Origin: Octopus vulgaris
Taxonomy: Eukaryota
Assembly (NCBI GenBank): GCA_951406725.2
Contig: OX597816.1
Span: 83,080,001 to 83,144,000 of the forward strand
DNA length: 64,000 bases
Direction: 5' to 3'
The position numbers and the translations under genes are program-made. Below, in pieces: positions 40,235 through 54,339 of the stretch. The number at the start of each line of letters is the position of its first letter. Within the stretch, counting starts at the first letter, position 1. A model generated the notes under the pieces. That model searched no databases. It was not told the DNA's origin and worked only from the letters and a program-made list of their open reading frames with translations.

Positions 40235-41340
40235 TAAAGTGTAATAGTATTTCTTTCAAATTTTGGTGGAAGGCCAAGAATTTTAAGTGGATGGTAAATG
40301 TCGATTACATCAACCCTATTAATTGACTGATTGATTCTTTTGTCGGCGCTTGTAAGTAAAAGCCAAAATTTGCCTTGGCAGGAATTGAACTCAGAAGTAC
40401 AGACATCGGAAGATATACAGCAAGACATTTTCCGATTCTCTAAAGATTCAGCACGCTCGCCAGTCGATTAGATCGACACCAGTACGCAACTGGTACTTAA
40501 TTTATCGACTCCAGCAAGGATGAAAGACAAAGTCGACCTCGGTGGAATTTGAACTCAAACCGTAATACATATTTCTTTATTACCTACAAGGGGCTAAACA
40601 TAGAAGGGACAGACAAGGACAGACATAGGTATTAAGTCGATTACATCGACCCCAGTTCGTAACTGGTACTTAATTTATCGACCCCGAAAGGATGAAAGGC
40701 AAAGTCAACATCGGCGGAATTTGAACTCAGAGCGTAACGACAGACGAAATACCGCTAAGCATTTCGCTCAGCGTACTAACGTTTCTTATTTCTTTATTGC
40801 CCACAAAGTGCTAAACGTAGAGTGGACAAACAAGGACACAAATGGTTTACATCTACCCCAGTGCGTTACTGGTATTTAACTTATCGACCCCAAAAGGATG
40901 AAAGGCAAAGGCGACCTCGGCGGAATTTGAACTGAGAACGTAACGGCAGATGAAATTACGCTAAGCATGTCACCCGGCGTGCTAACGTTTCTGCCAGCTC
41001 GCCGCCTTAGTAGTAGTAGTAATAATAATAATATTTTCTGCTGTAGGTACATAGCCTGAAACTTAGGGCAGGTACTATTTGATTGCATCTACGTCCAATG
41101 TTTAGCTGGTGATTATTTTACCGACCTAGGAAAGGTGTGAAAGGCAAACTTGACCTCGGTGGAATTTGAACTCAAAACGTAAAGGCTAGCGAAACGCCGC
41201 TAAGCATTTTCTCCTGCGTACTAACCGGGTTTCTAATTTAGGTACAAGGCCAGCAATATTGAGGAGAGTGAGTTATTCGATACTGTCAACCTCAGTATTT
41301 GACTGGTATATTATTCAATCGACTCAAAGAGATATAAGAT
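40235..41340 (-). mobile_element. Head-to-tail cluster of about 6 SINE family B copies
   Basis: Repeated GGATGAAAGGCAAAGTCGACCTCGGCGGAATTTGAACTCAGA-type core at about 40370, 40520, 40690, 40895, 41135, plus a tail at 41230. Confidence 0.85.
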
Positions 41341-41392
41341 CAGAGTCAAACCAGAGCAGGATACGAACTGAGAAATTTCTTGCTATTACCAT

Positions 41393-41614
41393 TTTACTCT
41401 TTTACTTGTTTCAGTCATTTGACTGTGGCCATGCTGGAGCACCGCCTTTAGTCGAGCAAATCGACCCCAGGACATATTCTTTGTAAGCCTAGTACTTATT
41501 CTATCAGTTTCTTTTGCCGAACCGCTAAGTTACGGGAACGTAAACACACCCGCATCGGTTGTCAAGCGATGTTGGTGGGGGGACAAACACAGACACACAA
41601 ACATACACTCACGT

Positions 41615-41668
<54 letters not shown>

Positions 41669-41695
41669 ATATTAATTAGAGACAAAACTACACTC

Positions 41696-41752
<57 letters not shown>

Positions 41753-41814
41753 ATATTAATTAGAGACAAAACCACTATTTTGAAAATCAAACAAAGAAAG
41801 ACTTAATCCAATAC

Positions 41815-41865
<51 letters not shown>

Positions 41866-42030
41866 TTCGACGGAATTCTTTCAGTTTCCGTCTACCAAAT
41901 CCACTCACAAGGCTTTGGTCGGCCCGAGGCTATAATAGAAGACACTTGCCCAAGGTACCACGCAGTGGGACTGAACCTGGGACCATGTGGTTGGTAAGCA
42001 AGCTACTTACCTCAGCCATTCCTACGCCTT
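41393..42030 (-). mobile_element. SINE family A with inserts in its central microsatellite
   Basis: Tail 41393-41600 and head 41868-42030 match family A. Confidence 0.88.
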
Positions 42031-42679
42031 TATTCTTTATATTTTTTTTATATTTACCAGTATTACTTTCATTGCAGTTCTCCAGGATAGTATTGAGGGT
42101 GACAAATATAATAGAACTAGTGACGGATGTGGTGATGGTGGGGATAGACATCTGGTATTTGAGTGGCGTCTGTTGTGATTGCCGATTATTTTCTGTACTT
42201 CCTATGAAAAACTTGACAACAATAACTAACGAAATGACGATTTGTTATGATATCTATCATGTTAGAAAATGAAATGAAATCTTCCCCTCAGGTGTTCTAC
42301 CTAAACCTATTTTTACTCTTTTTGTTTAATAATTATATATATTCGTAAACGATAGCCTCGTTGAACATATATAACACATAACCATACTTACATGATTATG
42401 TAGAATTGCCAGGTGAGGAATAATTGTTCAGATTTGTCATTCATTGCTTTGTATGGAATCTTCATCATTTTGTTTTTAAATACAAATAACCAATTCTGTG
42501 TTCTTATAACTATCATATTGCAGTTTTCTTTCCCACGTCGTTTGTACAATCACTCTCTCCCCCTCTTCCTCTCACACACACACGCACACATATATAAATA
42601 AAAACCTACTCGCACATACAGATACACTTTCGCTCTCTCTCTTAATCCCTCTTTTTTTTCTATCTGATTTATTTACTGG

Positions 42680-43851
42680 CTTCAAATTTTGACACAAGGC
42701 CAGGAAGTTCAGGAGGAGGCGGCTAGTCGATTACATCGACCCCAGTAATGGGACTTATTTCATCACTTCCAAAAGGATAAAAGGCAAAGTCGACCTCGGC
42801 AGAATTTAAACTCAGAACATGAAGACAGACGAAATACCGCTAAACATTTAGTCCGGCGTGCTAACAACTGTGCCACTTCGCTGCCTTATCTCTCCGTTAT
42901 TTACTAAAAAAAAAACAAAACTTTTTTATTCCAGCGCACGTTTTCAGTCTTAAAACGAACAAGACGAGACAATGAAAATATAATTTCTCATGCTAGTGCA
43001 AGATTACTTACCTCCTCTTGTTCTAGGTGAAGGCTGCGAGCTGGCAGAAACGTTAGCACGCCGGGCGAAATGCTTAGCAGTATTTCGTCTGCCGCTACGT
43101 TCTGAGTTCAAATTCCGCCGAGGTCGACTTTGCCTTTCATCCTATCGGGGTCGACAAATTAAGTACCAGATGCGCACTGGGGTCGATATAATCGACTTAA
43201 TCCGTTTGTCTGTCCTTGTTTGTCCTCTCTGTGTTTAGCCCCTTGTGGGTAGTAAAAAAGTAGGTAATAACTAGGTGAGCAAGTTCACAAAATAACTGAA
43301 GGAAGAAAAATGATAACTAGATTAACAGCTATAATAATTGGGCGACAGGACCGCTAGCAATAATTCTTTCATCTGTAGGCACGAGGTCGGAAATTTGGGA
43401 GAGGGTGGGGTGTATCTATTTCATCGACCCTAGTGCTCAGCTGTTGCGTATTTTATCGATCCTAAAACTGTGAAAGGTAAAGTCGACTCAGAGCATAAAA
43501 AAACAAAAGAAAAGAAAACCCAGAAATGCCACTACGCATTTTCTTCGGACGCATAAATGGTTCTACTAACTCACTACTGTGTGTTGATTCGAACTTAGGC
43601 AGAAGGCCTGCAATTTCGAGAGCATTCTGATACAAATCGTCCACAGAACTTGACTGGTTCTTCATCTTATCTGCCCTGGAGGAATGAAAGGTAAAGTTAC
43701 CCGTTTCAAGAATTAAACGCCATAAAAAAAGTTAGGCATATCAAACGGCGTTTTTCTGAATGACTATCACCTCGCTGCCGTTATAATGTTTTGTAGTAAT
43801 AGTAGTAGTAGTATTAGTATTAGTAGTAGTAGTAGTAGTAACAGCAATAGT

Positions 43852-43917
<66 letters not shown>

Positions 43918-44122
43918 TCTTTGTACTATAGGCACAAGGGCTGACATTTTGGAGGAGGGGATTACATTGTTCCCAGTATTTCACTAGTACTTAATTTATC
44001 GATCCCAAAAAGATGAAATGGAAAGTCGACCTCGACGAAGTTTGAAATCAGAACGTAAAGACGGACGAAATACCGCCAAGCGTTTCGCCCTGCGTCCTAA
44101 CGGTTTTACTAGCTCGTCGCCA
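42680..44122. mobile_element. SINE family B cluster (42680-42890 -, 43030-43265 +, 43365-43700 - pieces, 43918-44122 -)
   Basis: Same head and core; 43030-43265 is a near-complete plus-strand copy. Confidence 0.82.
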
Positions 44123-44142
44123 TGATGATGATGATGATGATT

Positions 44143-44182
<40 letters not shown>

Positions 44183-44539
44183 ACAAAAAGATTGAGAATA
44201 GTGCAGGACAATAAATTGTGATACAATGTGAGCAGTAAAGTATTAAAAAAGAAACTCAAAGAAAAAATATAACCAGAATTAATATTTCAAAAGAGGGAAA
44301 ACTTTTGAGGGCTACCCCCAGAAATCCCCATAAAACCACGGTCACTCTGATCACTATATGCTTTTTTTCTGTTGTTCTTCAACCCCTCTCAATCTCTTTC
44401 AACGAATTTGATGGGAGGCAGCGCCTTCCGCCCCTCCTTCACATTCTTTCCAAGTGAAACCTTAAAATGTTGTTTAGGGTTTGTCCATAGAGGAAGGTTT
44501 TCACTTCTGTTTAATGAATTCAGTATTAGTGACTGCTTC

Positions 44540-45010
44540 AATACGGGATCGAAAGCGTTGTTATGCTTGAATCATATGATGCTTATCAGTTTTGAACACA
44601 GTGCTGGTTATGGTGGACTTGAGAGATTGTATGATGTTATAGGGGTGTTTATTGACCTCTCTCTCGAATACGCCCCGTACATAATAGTCCAGTGGATTGA
44701 AGTCTGGTGAGGTAGGAGACCACGTGTCAAGAAGAACATGACCATAGAGGTTGACATTCATTTACACTTCATTTGTCCTAGCCATATGAGACAGTGCAGA
44801 GTCTTGTTCCGTACTCTCTCTGTCTAAAACTCACATCTTTCTCCAATATCTATCTGTAGACAGTGGTATTGACCCTTAAGCCTTTTGAAAAAAAAATGAG
44901 GAGGCATGATATCTCCCTCGTTGCTGACGACCCCCAGAACCGTAACAATTGATAGGAAGTTAGTATGCATGACCATTGGACTACATTCGTGTCTCTGCAC
45001 GACCATCTGT
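44540..45010 (-). mobile_element. Tc1/mariner (maT-like) transposase fragment
   Basis: VTVLGVVSNEGDIMPPHFF; EQDSA; WSPTSPDFNPLDYYV.GVFEREVNK.P.N...SLK. Confidence 0.82.
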
Positions 45011-45311
45011 CGTTCCTTCGGTTTACCTTTTGGTCCTACTCTAAGCTTTTTTCGTCGGAGAAAAACCAAAGTGTATATTGTAGGAATACTAATAAATAAG
45101 CATTCCTATTTTATCATCCAGTCACAAGATCAATTAACTTAATCTCTATTGTTTAATGATATCCGGTATTCTGCATCTCCGATCCCTGTAACATTAACTA
45201 CACATGTCAAGCGGTGAAGAAATATAATAAATAAAGATGAATAATGGTAGCTCAATGCATGCTACAATTCTTTCAATAGCATTGCAATTCATTCGCAATT
45301 TATGTTTTTAT

Positions 45312-45539
45312 TTATTTATTGCCTGCAAGGAGCTAAACATAGACGGGACAAACAAGGACAGACAAAGAGATTAAGTCGATTACCTCGATCCCAGTGCGTA
45401 ACTGGTACTTATTTAATCGACCCCGAAGGATGAAAGGCAACGTTGACCTCGGCGTAATTTGAAATCAGAACGTAGCGGCAGACGAAATACAGCTAAGCAT
45501 TTCACCCAGCGTGCTAACGATTCTGCCAGCTCGCCGCTT
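45312..45539 (-). mobile_element. SINE family B, full length
   Basis: Reverse complement of 43030-43265. Confidence 0.88.
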
Positions 45540-45600
45540 TGTCGCAATTTATGTATTACATATATGTACTTCATAATGTATTACATATGATTCCTTCATG

Positions 45601-45698
<98 letters not shown>

Positions 45699-46305
45699 AT
45701 ACACACATATATATCTGCATATACCTTCCCACACGTATTTATGTGGATGTGCATAAAATTAAAATGTTTGATATGAGTTAAATACATGAAGTGATGCATA
45801 CATGCATAGATATATACATGCAAACACGCATACATACACACTTGCACGCGTACACCCACCCACACACAGACACACCCACTCACACACATGTACTTTAATA
45901 TACATGAGATACAAATAGAGCAAGGAACCCATACAAAGAACATTGCACTAATTTACACACCAGTCACTTCTCCCTATAATCGACTGAAACTTTAAGGGTC
46001 CTGATACCCACTAGGGTCTCTTCATTGTCTGTTTACCCACAAGCGTCGTATTCATAAACATTTTAATCTGTAAGTGTTCCTAGTCATGGGTTCCCAACAG
46101 CAGTTGTCTTATTGTTCTATATATCATAGGGTTTTCCATCGGATCACTGTGAAGTCGAGTAATCTGCTGATAGAATTCTACAACTATACGGAATTTTCAT
46201 ATTCGACTAGAGACCATTATGCAATGAGGAACTCTTGTTAAGAGCAAAGCAAATTGCACATTTGTAATAGCGTTCGAGCTAAAAACTACAATCTTACTGT
46301 ATATA

Positions 46306-46338
<33 letters not shown>

Positions 46339-47496
46339 AATATATATGCGTGTGTGCGTGTGTGTCTGTGTATGTGTGAATGTGTGTGTGCGTGTCTGTG
46401 CATGTGTGTGTATGTGTATGTGTATGTATATATATATACATATGTGTATATACAACAAATATATACTTTAAATTATGTACATATACATAAACATACATAT
46501 TCATATCTCACTCTCGTTACACACTTACACACATGCACGCACATATATGCGCATACGTACATATGCACACACACACACACATACATACACACAGCTATAT
46601 ATATATATATATGTATGCATAAGATCATAGATATTTTATGCAGCATAAAAACTGTATGTGTGTTTATGCGTACGTGTGTGGAAGAGAGCATTTGTTGTTT
46701 GAGATTTAATGGATAAAATATAAAGACAGAGATATACAGAAATAGATGGATAGTTAGTTAGTGTGTGTATGTGTGTGTGTGTGAGAGAGAGAGAGAGTGG
46801 GGAGAGTGAACGAGATCGTCTTGGGAAATATCTTGCATCTGTGTCCATCCAGTTTTAAGAATCAAAATACCAAAACAAAATGTCTTTAATAGACACACTA
46901 GTCCGGAAGGCAGGTAGAGCAGAAGAAGATGGCGAAAGTATTTTATTGAATTGTATTGTGAAGGATGGAGGAAGAGGAGAAAGAGTGGAGAAAGAATAGG
47001 ATTAAGACTGTGATAAAGAGAGAAACACAGAGGAAACTAAGAAGAAGAAGGAGGAGAAGAAAAGAAGAAAATTATTTCAGAAGTAGAATGAAGTAGAATG
47101 AAAGAGGAAGAATTACGAAAACAGTAGAAGAGGTGAAAGACGTGAGAAGCGAATATCGGAATGAAGCGAATAAGTTGTGAAGAATATAGAAAGGAGAGGG
47201 AGAGACAAAGAAAGAGAGATGTAGAGAGAAAAGAGAGAGAGAGGCAGAGTGAGAGAGAGAGAGAGACGGGGAGAAAGAGCATAAGAAGAAGAAATAAAAG
47301 TAGATTGAAGTGAATGGTTTATAGATATTATAAAATTCAGAGGAACTGCCAAAATTGCTACTGGTTATGGAAAACCAATAAAAGAGTGTTATGATTGTAT
47401 CACTGAGAAAGTTTCGGAAATAGAGATAAACATACACTCGCATTAATACACACATAGTCAATACACACACACAGAGATACGTACACACACACAGAG

Positions 47497-47554
<58 letters not shown>

Positions 47555-48185
47555 ACACACACACACACATACACACACACATATATATACATAAAATGTA
47601 GCACATACACACGTATATATACGTATGTGTGTGTCTTTCTATGTATGTGTGTATATGTATATAAAGTATATATATATATATAAATATTTATACGCATATA
47701 CACACACGCACACACACACACACACACATATATATACACACACTCACAGATGCATCTTCATGTATAAATGAATAGCAAGATAATCTGATGCAAGTAGGCA
47801 CATAAATACACTCACTCCCATGCACGGGCATATACTTACATACATGTATACAAGCATACACACATATATACACACGTGTGTTTGTGTGTGTTAAAACAAT
47901 GTAAAACATATCTTTATAAACACCAATATGAGACACATACCGATTGCAAAGATGGGTACGGATAGAATTATATGGCTATAGATAGCAGAAGATATAGATA
48001 TTTATGACTATAGAGATATAGTGATACATAGACACATGAGAATTTATGTATATTTTTCTTTCAGATTTAAGCTCTTTGCAGACTTCAACTCGGCCAAACT
48101 GTCAAGTTTCTATGGTTTGAGTGAAGACGGTTCGAAGGATTTTTAAATGAGTAGATAGAAGGACCACACACCCTTCAGTCTTTTA

Positions 48186-48492
48186 TAGACCATGGAACTG
48201 AACCTACAAAGCTACCCTCCGAGGCACAAGTACAGGCAAGGTTCTTCATGGAAGACCAGCAGTCATTCAAACATGCCAGCTTCCCTTCTCCACGCCACTG
48301 ATGTTATCCAAGGGAAATACCAATACAGTTTGGCATCAGTGACGTTACAAATCATTTCTACAGCTGACTGAAGAGGAGCTACGTGAAAAAAGTGTCTTGC
48401 TCAAGAATACAACACACAGCTCGGCCCGAGAATCGAACTAATATCTCATGATTGTGAGCTCGATGCTCTAACCACTGAGCTATGCGCCTTCA
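48186..48492 (-). mobile_element. tRNA-derived SINE (family C-like head, third tail type)
   Basis: GGCGCATAGCTCAGTGGTTAGAGC A-box, GTTCGATTC B-box, CTTGAGCAAGACAC body. Confidence 0.75.
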
Positions 48493-48523
48493 CGATGAGT
48501 AAATGAGTAAATAAATGTGTAAG

Positions 48524-48836
48524 TTCTGTTGTGCCTGGGGAGAGTCATCTTCTTTTTGTGCCTTATAATTTAACACACTCACCAGCAAAATTTCCACTTT
48601 ATTAGTTATTTTTATTTTCCTAAAATTTTCGTTGCGTCTTCCAACCTTTTCAATAGTCTTGACTATTGAAAAAGTTGCAAGACTATTGAAAAGGTCAAGA
48701 CTATTATTGAAAAGGTTGCAAGACACAACGAAAATTTTAGGAAAATAAAAATAAGAACAAAGTGGAAATTTTTACCGGTGAATGTGTTAAATTATAAGGC
48801 ACAAAAAGAAAATGACTCTCCCCAGACACAACAGAA
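48524..48836. repeat. 135-bp-arm inverted repeat with stuttered centre
   Basis: Left arm 48524-48658; right arm restarts at 48661, 48681 and 48699. Confidence 0.88.
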
Positions 48837-49048
48837 TATGCTTCAACATACGAACTCACATAAAGAATTTGCGAGCCAAATCCAAAAACGAAATGTGTAA
48901 GTATTCGTAAGTGTATGAGTGAACATACACTCATGTAAGAGTTGTGTGTTCCCTCTTTAGAATACAAGTGTGTGTGTGTGTGTGTGTGTTGTTACTCTTT
49001 ATGTATGCAAGTGTACATGTGATTGCGTTCATATTTGCATTTCATTAA

Positions 49049-49376
49049 GTGAAAGCGCGTGGCTAAGTGGTAAGGATATTCGGCTCACGGTCGTAAGGTC
49101 TTGATTTCGATTCCCGGTGGGGTGTTGTGTCCTTGAGCAGTACATTTTATTTCACGTTGCTCCAGTCCACTCATCAGGGGAGAAAATGAATTGTACGTGT
49201 AATTTAAAGGGCCAGCCTTGCCGCATTCTATGTCACTCTGACTCTCCCTGACAACTGCGTTAAATGGATATCGGTCTGTGGAGTGCGCAGCCTCTTACAC
49301 GTTAATTTTACGATTAGGTTGTTCCGTTGATCATATCAGCTGGAAAAATCGTCGTCTTAGCCGACGGAGAGCCAGA
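49049..49376 (+). mobile_element. tRNA-derived SINE (family C variant)
   Basis: A and B boxes; tail shared with 19680-19857. Confidence 0.78.
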
Positions 49377-49407
49377 CTATTTCAGGAAACTCAAAATGGA
49401 GAAAGTT

Positions 49408-49843
49408 GAGTATGTGGTTAGAAGCTTGCTTCCCATCCAGATGGTTCCGGGTTCAATCCTACTAGTTGGAAACTTGAGTGAGTGTTTTCGTCTCTGGTTC
49501 CGGAGCGACCAAGGCATTGTAAGTAGATTTGGTAGACGGAAACTGAAAGCTCATTGTGTGTGTGTGTGTGCGTGTATGTATGTATGTATGCATGTATGCG
49601 TGTATGTTTGAATGTGTGTATGTGTGTATGTGTTTCTGTTCGGCTCTCTCCACCGCTTGAAAATTACTGTTGGTTTGTTTACGTCCCTGTTATTTAGCAG
49701 TTCAGCAAAAACGAGTTTTGATTTTTAAAAAAATGCCAGGCTTAAAAAAATAAGCAGTGGGATCGATTTCTTCAATCAAACCCTTCAAGACGGTGCCCCA
49801 GCATGGTCGCAGTCCAATGAGTGAAACAAGTAAAAGGTAAAAG
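49408..49843 (+). mobile_element. SINE family A, diverged
   Basis: Head, body, microsatellite and tail collinear with 9788. Confidence 0.82.
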
Positions 49844-50312
49844 ATAATGACAAATCTTTACTATATCAATAATCTTTTGAATTTGCAAGTTAAGAGTCAC
49901 TTTGCTTTACATTTTTCTTGAAAAACTCAAGATCCATCCAGGCTTTATGTTAATTTGCTGCGATATAACCCTGTGCATTTATAATAATAGATTCGAAGAG
50001 AATCTTGGCAAGATACAAAAACTGTAGGCTCATCGTATTCGTTCTATTTTCTCACACCTTAGACAAAAATTCCACCTCTGCTGAGCAGCTGACCTCTGTG
50101 ACAGTGCATGCTTTTGTTCCATGTTCCAAATATCAATGCTAGTTTTATCGTTTTCGCACCGAATAGCGATATTTAATGCTTGTCTTCCGGTGTTCCTTAT
50201 TTTTAATAGCATGGATATATAATCCGTAAAAGCATGTGTTTATGTATGTATAGTTAATAAGTTAGGTCAATAAAAGGGCTGAAATATTCATCTACGTAAA
50301 TATAATCCTGTA

Positions 50313-50401
<89 letters not shown>

Positions 50402-50469
50402 GTCTGTGTCTGTCTGTGCATTTAGGATTCGCACCGTTGATCACCCACATATATTTCTTTATGTATAAA

Positions 50470-51480
50470 CTTTTTAGAAAATGTATCTTGATACGGTCAT
50501 AATAGTTTATATTTTGTGACAGAATTAAGACATTCAAGATTCTTGAAATTCATAAATAGCATTCATAAAGCGACCCCATAGACTTTGATAGCTTTATGAA
50601 TGCTATTTATGAATTTCAAGAATCTTGAATGTCTTAATTCTGTCACAAAATATAAACTATTATGACCGTATCAAGATACATTTTCTAAAAAGATTTTCTT
50701 GAATTAGAAATTAAATCCACTGAAAAAAACACCTTCAAAAAACAATTACACAAATCTTGACAGAAGCTTTTGTGTTAAGTGTTTTCTGCTGCTTTCAGCT
50801 TTGAAACATGCGTTATAAAGTAATATGTATTGAAGGAGTTGTTTTTAGTTGTGTTACCTGTTTCCGGCTTGTTTATCAGATTTAGAATTCTTATAAAATA
50901 TTCTTCTTTTGCCTTTCCTCGTTGATAACTTTTTCATTATTTTTAAATAGAGACTATTTAAAATTTTTCCTTTCCACAAATATCTACATGTTCACTACAC
51001 AGAACATTTCTAAGAAATGAATATTTGATTTGATGCTTATCCGATGTATTAATTGTGATCCTCTTTGGTCGATATAGTTCTCATTACATTGTGGGCATGT
51101 TCAGCTGTTAATAATTTGTGATTATCCACTCATGTTTTTGAGACTTTATGATTGGCGTAGCAGTGGAAGGTATCGTTTGTCTGAATGTAAGACGTTATGG
51201 TTTTTAGGATCATGAGTGATTACAAATAAAATATTTGTCTTTGTTTTTGCCATCACCTTCATTGTGAATGTTTCTTTGAGGGCCTGCGGTTGGGACTAAC
51301 CTTTGCCTTGGTTATAACTTGATTTACTAAGTGTTCCGCGTATTTGTGTTTGTGAAGGAATATTTTTAGTCTACTCGATTTCCTAACTATCAAAGTCGAT
51401 GGTGTCGCTTTATGAATACTATTTATGAATTTTAAGAATCTTGAAGGTCTTAACTCTGTCACAAAATATATCATCCATGG
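50470..51480 (-). mobile_element. Penelope-like element: RT thumb + GIY-YIG + pseudo-LTR copies
   Basis: FLHKHKYAEHLVNQVITKAK, LFVITHDPKN, QCNENYIDQ (YIG), SEHVDICG..F, KEEYFI; terminal segment repeated directly (51385-51470) and inverted (50470-50571 versus 50591-50692). Confidence 0.8.
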
Positions 51481-51819
51481 ATCTTTTCTAGTTTCCACTT
51501 AAAAAGGATTACAAATGATGATGATTAGTAATATAGAGCTGCAACCCGTCACGCTGAAGCCTGCGCTGCAACTGATTCGTTTTGTGCCAAATCATGGCAG
51601 CTACAAGTGTGAAAATAATTTCAATAGGGAGCTTATAATTCACGAAAATATGCTGAGAGATTGTCTTAGCCCTTCGGGCGGTTGATTTCTGTTGATATCA
51701 GTGTATTTTGGCGATTTATATAAGAGATTTGACTGTTACTTCTAGCAGGTAGACATTGTATATTCTTTGATTAAGTTTTATATATATATGAGTATTTCAG
51801 CCCATTTTTCTGAGGTATC

Positions 51820-51896
<77 letters not shown>

Positions 51897-52527
51897 AGTC
51901 ACAAACTCGCTCTAATTTCTCTTTCTTTGTTATTGTAAAGTGTTAATTTTTCTTTGTTGACTTCTCGCAAATTAATCGCTTCTATTTGGCCCTCTTCAGT
52001 AGATTATTTCTCTGGCATTCCTCTTTCTACATTCATATGGGAAAATGGGACAGTCATCAATGTCGTACTTCTCTCCGGGACGCCTTGTGTTCTGTATGCA
52101 CGCATACTTATGTGCATCTATATGTATGTGTATTATATACATAGACCATAATACATGCATGCATATATACACACGGAGATATACACGCATACATACACGT
52201 AAGCACGCACATACACATATAGTCTACTGTTTTGTTACGGTAAGATACACAAAAGAAGTACCCCCCCCCAGTGAATGATAAATACCATTTAATGTACACT
52301 GTATAAAAATAAATGCTACTAATAGATTCTTGGTATGAAAATACGAGGCTACATAGGTTTTTTATGACGTGCATTGTGTCTTCTTAGCAAGAAACTATTA
52401 GAATCCCTTATCATTATACAGTGTACATCAAATCATACACACGCACACACACATAATATATATATATCATATATATATATATATAAATATATATGTCTGT
52501 ATCTCTCTCTCTCTCTCTCTCTCTATA

Positions 52528-52565
<38 letters not shown>

Positions 52566-52673
52566 AATATATATATATATTTATATATATATATATATGC
52601 AAAGTGGTAAACTGCATGGTTGTATATGAATCCAAACATATGCTTTCATGTATATATATATATATATATATAT

Positions 52674-52723
<50 letters not shown>

Positions 52724-52997
52724 TATAAATGTATGTATGTATGTATGTACGTGCGTACGTACATATGTATGTATGTATCTATCTATCTATACCTCGATCT
52801 ATCTATCTACCTATCTAATTATCCCTCAACGTTTATACATACACGTACACACAGGCACACACTTTCATTAACGTTTATTGGTACATTTGCGCATGAAATA
52901 GGAATATATATATTTAAATATAACAACCAGTATATATATATATATGTTTATACATGATAAACACACTGATACACATTATCATATACATATCTGCGTG

Positions 52998-53031
<34 letters not shown>

Positions 53032-53693
53032 AACAGAAGCTGGCACTCACTCGCAGACAAACATACACAGTCGAATATCACACAACACTAAATCAAAAGA
53101 TAAAAGAAATAGCGCACTAACAACAATAACAACGACAACAATAACGAGTCAGTATTCAATGGTAATAATGGAAATAAAAAGAAACAACAACAAAATGCAC
53201 ACGCACTCTTCTATAGAAACCAACAACATATAATATAACAACAATAAAAACAATACAAGTATGATTTCGTCGGACGGAGGTGTAAAAGCAGGCTATAGAT
53301 AATCTATTGGGAAATCAAAGAAAGTTGTTAGTTAGAATACGACATTCTAAAGGGAAATAATACAGTACCATATGAGCTTTCAATCTTAAAAATCTTGCTT
53401 CGTACTCACTAAGTATGTACATATGTGCATATACATCAGCAGATGCGAAATCACACATACATTGTACACATGCTCGAATATAAAACTATATAACACAGAC
53501 TATATACATACATTCGATATACGTACATTCACTCGTGCGCACGCGCGCACACACACATACACACACATGTGTATGTGTGCATAAGTGTTCGTAAATACGC
53601 ATATATTTATGCTGGCACAATTGTGTATGTGTAATTGCGGGAAAATTAAGATAGGGTAGGTGGATGGGTTTAAAGTGTGCAAAGTGAGTGTGT

Positions 53694-53737
<44 letters not shown>

Positions 53738-53809
53738 GTGCGTGCGATTGTGGGAGCGTTTGACTTATTTTTGATTCATCACAGAGCATGGAAAGACGAG
53801 AATAGTTGA

Positions 53810-53860
53810 TATATAAATATATATATATATATACATACATACATACATACATATATACAT

Positions 53861-53925
<65 letters not shown>

Positions 53926-53968
53926 GATATATATATATATATATTCATCATTCATACATACATAATAT

Positions 53969-54022
<54 letters not shown>

Positions 54023-54147
54023 TGTATTATGTATATATATATATATATATACATACACATATATATGTGTGTATGTATATTTATATATGTATATATACAT
54101 ATATTTGTATACATATGTGTATACACACACACACACACATATATGAA

Positions 54148-54230
<83 letters not shown>

Positions 54231-54250
54231 GTAGATAGATAGATATAGAT
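53810..54250. repeat. Long degenerate (TA)n/(TATG)n tract
   Basis: Read directly; source of YI-repeat ORFs. Confidence 0.95.
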
Positions 54251-54339
54251 ATGTATAAACGTATATATGTACATATAGAAGCACACGCATAGATTGACAC
54301 ATACTCACACACAAATGCGCGCACGTTATTTAGGTTACA

